A stretch of DNA of 64,000 nucleotides from the human T2T-CHM13v2.0 reference genome, Homo sapiens: the NCBI RefSeq assembly GCF_009914755.1, contig NC_060926.1, one strand, 5' to 3'. The position numbers were made by a program, and so were the translations under genes. Under the pieces are notes generated by a model that was given only the letters and a program-made list of their open reading frames with translations, was not told the origin of the DNA and did no database searches. Within the stretch, counting starts at the first letter, position 1; each line of letters opens with the position of its first letter. This document shows, piece by piece, positions 1-64,000 of the stretch.

Positions 1-19
1 TGCCTTGACTCATACCTGG

Positions 20-15120
<15,101 letters not shown>

Positions 15121-15697
15121 GGTGGGCATTTCACGGGAAGGGTTGGTATGCTGGCTTTAGACGGGGAGAAACATCTGGAAGGATGCTCGAGAGAACAAAT
15201 GGAGGTGGTGAAAATCAAGCTTTGGATTGTGCATTCCTAGGCACAAAATTACCTCATTCTTCCTAACAAGCAATCTGGGACCTGATTTTCCACCTTTTTT
15301 CTCTTTTCTTCCCTTCCTTTGTTTTCATAAGCCTTTGGTATCTTTCCTGCCCTTTTCCTTTGTGTACTCTATACTGGAGTTCCCTTCTTCCTCTTGCTGT
15401 AGGCTCAATCCCATACCGACATCTACAACTAATCTTTCCCATCAACTCTGTGTGAAGGCAGGTTGCAACTAGAAATTCAGAGGGGCTTGGAATAGAGAAA
15501 CCTAAAGAAGCATCATCCCCTCCATCCCCAACTTCCTCAAAGCCCAAAGCCAAGGGAAGGATAAATCAAGGCTCAAGGCTTCCCCAGCAAAGATTAGGGA
15601 AAGAGACTTGACCCCAGGACTGTACTACGACTCTTAAGAGAACACTGCACAGCACTCAAAGTCCCCCACTGGACTGCTTCCTCCTTAGCCCCACTGG

Positions 15698-15707
15698 TAT
15701 AAATACA
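15698..15707 (+). terminator. PLCD4: Candidate variant poly(A) signal of PLCD4 (TATAAA overlapping AATACA)
   Basis: I found no AATAAA/ATTAAA on + between the stop and ZNF142; TATAAA is at 15698-15703, followed by GT-rich sequence. Confidence 0.45.
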
Positions 15708-16474
15708 TCTCTCTCCAATTTGGCTTCAATATGGTCTGTCATTGTTGGGCAAGAAGGGGAGGTACAAGGGTTGTGGGGACATCTGGGTAGTCAGGTGAGA
15801 CAAGGAAAAGGTAGAGAAAGAGGTTCCCAGGAGACCTCTTGCATGTGCTACATAGGAAGGACACAGAGTATGGCTTTTAAGAATCAGGGCAAAAGCAGAC
15901 AAAAGGTTATGTGGTCCCAGCCTTCCTGAAGAGTCTGGCTGGAACCATCCTAGTTTATGTCTGTTGTCCCAGCATAATTATTAATAGTACCCTCTTTAAG
16001 TTTTCCCAGTGTGTCTCAGTTTAGATGATCAATTATATAGTAAGGCACTACAGAATTATACTGTGAAGCAGTTATAGAATTCTGAATTGGAGATTTTCCT
16101 CTCTAGTCATCTGCCTTTCCATAGTATCCTTGTGCTTTAACACCTTAGTGTAGCTGCTGAGCCAGTCTGAGGATTGATGATGAGCTAAAGTTGCTTCTAG
16201 GAGGAGGCTTAGTGGGTAGCAATCCTCCCTCTATAGATACAGGTAGACAAAGGAGCTTGGAAGTAGGGAGCAGGTCAAGGGTCAAGATGGCTCAAGGACA
16301 GGGAGAAGGCAGACCTAGGCCTGTTTCAGTATCAATACTGAGTGAAGATGGAAGGGACAAAAGGGAGGCAGAGGTCTGAGAGGGGACAGAGTTGATCAAG
16401 ATGACAGCCTGGAAATGTTAAGACAGGGATTTGGATGAATCTATAATGTAGTAACCACTTTCTGTTTAACATGC

Positions 16475-16480
16475 TTTATA
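16475..16480 (-). terminator. ZNF142: Candidate variant poly(A) signal of ZNF142 (TATAAA on minus)
   Basis: tttata on +, about 400 nt downstream of the ZNF142 stop; no canonical signal seen nearby. Confidence 0.4.
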
Positions 16481-16881
16481 GAGCATTAGGCACAACAGCA
16501 CATGCGGTTAGATACAACTGTTTTTAGAAGATTCTGAAAGAAAATAGGAATTGACACAGTAAGAAGGAAAGAGAAGATGGAGTGGGTAAAATCCAGATCT
16601 TATAGCCAGGGACTTTGATGGAGTGATGGTGAAGAAACTGAGAACTTGCAGGTTAAAAACGCAATGTACAGCAATAAGAAATCAACGTTATAGTCCATGT
16701 CCCTCTTTTATATGGGTGATAATTTCAAAGTACTATAGCCAGAGTCCCAGGAAGGTTCTAGTCACCCTTGTACCCCAAAAGCCAGTCTTTCCTTAGGCTC
16801 TGAGCTCCTCAGGCTAGCGCTGGTCCCAGTCTGCACATCTCAGACCATACCCTCTTCCTATACAGGAGGTGGGGCAGGCTT

Positions 16882-34987
<18,106 letters not shown>

Positions 34988-35287
34988 CACCACCGACTTG
35001 TGTGTTTTGGCTTCTTAAATGCTGACAAGCCAACCAGAAGAAAAACAAAGTAAGGTTAGAGTTCTTACTTTCTTCCTGGCTGGCGTGGGTACACAGCCCA
35101 GTGCCCACCCACTTAGGCATTTTCTTGCATGGCAATATGCCATATATACCATATGAGACTAAATAGAGGCTTTCTTTTATGATAATGTTCAGAACAAAAA
35201 GTATAAAAATGATAACAGAATATTAGGAGACAGCCAACAAGTATTGGCCAATATATTAATGACTGCAGGTTGTCTTCTGCTAGCTAA

Positions 35288-35672
<385 letters not shown>

Positions 35673-35981
35673 TCCCTTTCCCTCTTAACCTTTGATAATC
35701 TCACTATTCCTCAGCATGGATTATAAGGAAGGCCCTTCCTTCATCATCTGGCTCCTGCTGACCTCCCCTGACTCATCTCCCACTTCTCCCCTCAGCAGAT
35801 CTCTGAACCAGATGATGTGCCATTCTCCAGACCCACCACATTCTCTTTTGCTTTCATACCCTCACAGCCTTTTGCGTCTCTTGGCTTGATATGCCTTTTC
35901 CCCTTCTCAATCTCTCTCTCTTATCTGGCTAACCAATTAACTATCCTTGAAGAAGCTGCACAAATGTCACTTCCACCATGA

Positions 35982-36286
<305 letters not shown>

Positions 36287-36732
36287 TGGCTTCCCGAAAC
36301 TCTTATCTTCTCTCTTCTGGCGTCCTAAGGGCACTCTGTACACAGCCCTATCAGAAACGAGGTCACACTGCACTGTTGTTTACCTGTCAGTCTCTCTCCC
36401 TAGATGTATAGCTTTTTTAGTAATTTGTTGACATTATCACTTCAATGATATTACTTTGTGATACTGACATTATCACTTCAACGAACACAAATCACCCACA
36501 ATCGAAGATTCCAGTGAAGAACCACAGATATGGAGCTGCATTGGAGTAAAGCTAGGTATCTTGTACAAAACCAGTGGTTCCTCACCTATAACGTAACACA
36601 TTTGGAGAAATTTCAAACTCATTAACTGACTATGGCCTCAAACTAAATATGGGAACATAACTGAGGAATGAATGACAATTGAATTGCATACCCTGTTATA
36701 CATGGCTAAAATGAGTTTAAGCTGAATAATTA

Positions 36733-37178
<446 letters not shown>

Positions 37179-37299
37179 TCACAGGGATTCACAAGGTGGC
37201 TGGAAAGTGCACTCCCGTGGTCAGAGGGATTCTCTGGAAACTGCAGCCTCCACTTACTGAATATTAGCGCTGTTCTGGGGAATCTTCAAGCTTGACCAT

Positions 37300-38560
37300 A
37301 CATGGCCTCCGGGGGGAGCCAAGGAGGACGCTGAGCCGTCAAGATTAAGAACCTTCACCTGCGGGAGGGCAGGGTGAGGTAGGAGACAGGTGGGCACCAG
37401 AGAAGAAATACGCTTATCTTCCGGGCAGGAGGGCTGAGGAAGAGAAAGGACAGACTAAGGCAGAGAGAAGGCCTGGAGAAACAACGGGCCCCGGCCTAGC
37501 GACCCAGGTTCCCACCTGCCTCTGGCTCTGACTCACCGCGTGGTCTTGGACAGACACAGTCGCTTCGCTTCTCTGGGCCTCAGCTTTCCTATCTGTAAAA
37601 TGGAGGTGATGACAGTGTCCACATCGTCGGGCAGGAGCTGGATCATAAGAGCCAGCGAACTGGAAAGGCGGTTTGTAACCTGGAAGGCTTGGGATGGAGC
37701 ATCGTCATGATTTTGTCCTGAGAGCAGCAGGTACCCGGGCGGGGTCCAGAACCGTGACGCGACTGCAGCGCCGGGGCCCAGCTCGTCTGGGTGCTCCCTT
37801 CAGTACCTCCTTCCGAGAGTTCCCAGCGCCCAGGCCCACCCTGATCCCGGGGCTCGAAAAACTTTGCCTCCAGCTCGCTCCACCCGCATTCCCTTCCCAG
37901 TTCCGCCCCGCAGCCGCTCACTCACCTCCAGACCCAGAGCCGGCGGGAGCCGCATCTCTATGGTCGGCCGCGGCTGGAACGGCCCCCGGGGCCCGCTTTG
38001 TGCGACCGCCTCCGGCTCAGCCGCCTCTAGGATATTGGGGATGTGGAAGCCACTCTCTCTTCCTCTTGCCGGCTGCCGGGGTACTCTATGTTTTGTCTCT
38101 GTGGTTTTTCCCGCCCTCCACCCCCACTCCAGCCCTGAAGCCGGAGAAGCACCATCGAGAGCTCTGGGGTAGAGTGGCGTGGGCTTCTCTGTGGGTGTGG
38201 CGGGAAGTAGATGAAAGGACCCGGGGCGGGGCCGAACGCAGCTTCCCCAAGGTGCAGGCGCGGTGAAACCATCGAGACGGAGGGCCAGAGAGTCACGGCG
38301 GTGAGAGGGCTGAGTGACGGGTTACCCCAAACCATGTGGCTGGAGGCGCGAGCTGGGGTGTGGGCGAGGTTCAGGAGGGGGTTCCTGGGTGTCGCGGAGG
38401 GGCCGGGGACGGGAGAGCTTTGTCTGTGGCCTTCCATGCATAGGTGTTTTGGAATTCTGGATCCCAGTTCTGAGGCTCAGCCGAGGTCACTGCTGTCAGC
38501 TCACCTCCCTGCATGCCAGGCGCAGGGCAAAGTGGCCGGGGTTCGGGGTTGGAGGAGAGG
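37300..38560. promoter_or_regulatory. CpG island / bidirectional promoter ZNF142(-)/BCS1L(+) with non-coding first exons
   Basis: High CpG/GC; GC box GGGGCGGGG at about 38223; GGAAGT at about 38203; minus-strand GTGAGT donors at about 37531-37536 and 37920-37925; plus-strand donor GCG|GTGAGA at 38300/38301. Confidence 0.85.
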
Positions 38561-39505
38561 TGTACTAGAAACAACTTTGCTCTTGTCCCTCAGGATCTTA
38601 TTGTCTACGATGTGACGATCCGTGGAGAAAGTAGCAGATGGGCAGATTTTCATTTGGGGAGAATGAGGGAGAAAAGAACGGGCATTCCGAGCCAAGAGCA
38701 CTGCATGAGCAAGGAGTTGGGAGGTTGCTTACTTGTTGAACATATTTGTTGCGTATTTGCATATTTGCTAAACAGGTAGTGTTAGGAGCTAATCCATGAA
38801 AGGTAGGTGGGCGCCGTATTGTAGAGAGCCTTGAGTACCAGGCTGAGTTTATACCCAATTCAGGGGTCTGCTGGGAGCCAGCCATTGAAGGTGCTGGAGC
38901 AGAGAGAGATATGGTATTGGAGCTGATCCCTATGATGAAAGATCTGGACCCTTGTGTAGATGTTCCGTGAAGCAGGAGGTGAAGACCTATTAAAATGCCA
39001 TTTCAAGAACTACGATTTTAAAGACAGTTTAGGTGGGAGGTAATAAAGGTCTAAACAAGACGTTAAATATTGGGGACGTAAGGGGGAGGATATTTGAAGG
39101 ACATTACTCATAACAAGACATAGGGTTACTGACAAGTCAACGGACGCTTCTCCCTTGCTGACTGCAGCTAATGGACCCCTTTTTATCATAGCTGGTCCCA
39201 GGGACCACAAAAATCCTGTCCATCCATTACCCTGATGTGAAGCCTGTTTATATAGCTCTTTTTGGTTTAAGGCATCTCCAGACATGGTCCTCTGGTAGGA
39301 AACAGGTATGAGTAGACTAATGAAGGACAAAATGGGATGAGGGACCTGGAGCCTCCACCCTTGCATTCCAATACCACCCTTACCCCACAAAAGGAGGGTA
39401 TTGACCCACACAGTAGTGCTGACCTGTGGCCAGGGCTGGGGAGGTCCAATTTCTAATCTGTGCTTTGTCCCATCTCCACTGTTCCCCACCCCTAGGTTTT
39501 CGTAA

Positions 39506-41943
<2,438 letters not shown>

Positions 41944-41980
41944 TCAGGCTGGGCTCAGCTCAGCTCTCCTCCTCTAGCTC

Positions 41981-41986
41981 AATAAA
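41981..41986 (+). terminator. BCS1L: BCS1L poly(A) signal AATAAA
   Basis: AATAAA about 40 nt after the stop. Confidence 0.9.
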
Positions 41987-42462
41987 CATCTGCCACACTA
42001 CTCTGCTCTCTCATCTCCCTTCATCACTGGATTGGTACTTGAGTAAGACGGGCTGCAATCACAGGTGCCTACAGGGGTCAGTCAGGCAACCACATATACA
42101 AATGATGGGGCATAGCCTAAGATAAAGAGATGAGACACAAAACAGGAAACTAAATTCCTCTACCTAAAGGCATTCTATGTATATAAATAATGGACAGGCA
42201 TGGGTGTGTACACAATGAGTTGTTAACGGTGGGTCCTAAGGACTCTGCTTACATGCTGACATCCCACTAGTTTTCCCTGAAACTCACTATACTAGCTGAT
42301 GAGATGTCAGACCCTCTTTACCCAGCTCTTCGGAGAACAGACTTCAGAGCAAAGTTGGGGGCTGCTCTGCCACACCCCAATCTTATTAGGAATTGAGAAA
42401 AAGAGCCATTCCTCACAGGCTAGGCGCTGCTAAGCAAAGAAAGCCAAAGAAGGCCAAATATC

Positions 42463-42468
42463 TTTATT
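42463..42468 (-). terminator. RNF25: RNF25 poly(A) signal AATAAA
   Basis: TTTATT on +, about 45 nt after the RNF25 stop. Confidence 0.9.
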
Positions 42469-42513
42469 GCCTCCCTCCCATCCCCAATTCCCTGTTCCCC
42501 CCACCAAGTCCTG

Positions 42514-50526
<8,013 letters not shown>

Positions 50527-51385
50527 ATCTTCACCGGCCCGCAGCCGGAACCGGAAATGCCCTTAGGGAAGTCGGAGGCGGAAAACTAAGAGGGGTGGGC
50601 AGCTAGCGTCGTTTCTAGGCAACCGCAGACTCCGGGTCCTTAGCCGGGCCTGATGGCCCTGAGGCAGTTCGGATGTGTCCCAGGAAGTGCCCATGTGTGG
50701 TCCGCCGTCCATTCCACACCTCTGAGCGCCTTTGTCCTCTGAACTTCTCACCAGTTCTAGCGAGTAAAATTGTAAGAAAGGGAGCCGAAAGAGACCGGAG
50801 GGAGAGGCGGGTGGAGAAGAATTATAAGTCAGGCAACGTATGCAGGCAGCCAGAAGAGATGGGGCTAAACGCCAGGGAATCCGTCCCTTGGCCTGAGGAG
50901 CTTGGAGCTCCTAGGCTGGGGGTGAGAGAGGGGCTCTGGCCTGCGAAGCGCACGGGCCAGGGGGTCTGAGAGCGGGTGCTGAGGAGTCTGGGAGTGGCAG
51001 GAACTTGGGGGAGACTCAAAGGAGCAGGGTTGGTTGGGCGAGGCTAGGTTGAAAGAGTAGGGTCGAGTGAGCCAGGCTGGGTGAGGGAGAAGGGGAACCA
51101 GGTGTTAGTTGGGCATGGGGCCGGGTTGGGGACAGGAGGATGAAAGTGGGGAGGAACTACAAAGAGAAGCTCTGTTTGTTCCAAGAGCGCATCATCTTTG
51201 CATGCATTCCACCCTCCCATGTTTTTTGAGGCTTTATTGTGAAAAAGAGGAAAAGGCAAGGTGGCTAACATTTTTCCTTTCCCGTGCCCCAACTAGGCGT
51301 CCCAGATGTTGTGGAACTGTCCCTGGATCTATAGCTCTTCACCGTCTCTACTTTCTTCCTTCTAAGAGATCCTGAAACCTCTGTC

Positions 51386-63785
<12,400 letters not shown>

Positions 63786-64000
63786 GTAATGGGGAGAAAG
63801 ACACTGTGGATGGGATCAAGACTGTTTTCACAGATGGAGCATTGAAATACACTGACTTCAGGAGAAAGAGAAAGTTTGTCCTTTTCCAGTTCTTCAGTCT
63901 ATCTGCTTAGTTTGAGGAGGTTTACCAACCTCCTTTAGTAACACAGAAAGAGCAGCCCTCAGGTTTCTTTTTCTGAAGGGAAAAATGCCTACTAGAATAG

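Noticed and set aside
36429-36481. 17-bp direct repeat tgacattatcacttcaa (and a 12-bp ctaggctcaatg repeat at about 269-294)
   Set aside because: Two-copy local slippage duplications; no array structure or inserted element.
37694-38615. 190-aa and other ORFs across the ZNF142/BCS1L promoter
   Set aside because: Stop-poor CpG-island sequence with low-complexity translations.

Overview
Human (primate) genomic DNA, recognisable as the gene-dense 2q35 cluster PLCD4(+) - ZNF142(-) - BCS1L(+) - RNF25(-) - STK36(+). I reconstructed the exons by hand from GT/AG boundaries and reading frame. ZNF142 (5664 nt, 1887 aa), BCS1L (1260 nt, 419 aa) and RNF25 (1380 nt, 459 aa) are complete and frame-consistent. 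PLCD4 lacks its 5' (PH-domain) exons and STK36 runs off the right edge. The genes alternate strand, with two CpG-island bidirectional promoters and two convergent 3' ends. Introns are packed with about 50 Alus, MIR/L2 relics, L1 fragments and two MaLR solo LTRs, and most short ORFs in the supplied track are Alu translations. I see no new multi-gene system. The most interesting signals are splicing and 3'-end oddities: a PLCD4 acceptor with no AG preceded by a U12-type branch point, a weak donor plus intronic AATAAA predicting a truncated PLCD4, and in-frame cassette or retainable segments. Also notable are an RFX X-box at the STK36/RNF25 promoter, a coding 60-bp triplication in ZNF142 and several unusual retroelement rearrangements. 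Repeat coordinates are approximate and subfamily calls are by eye.
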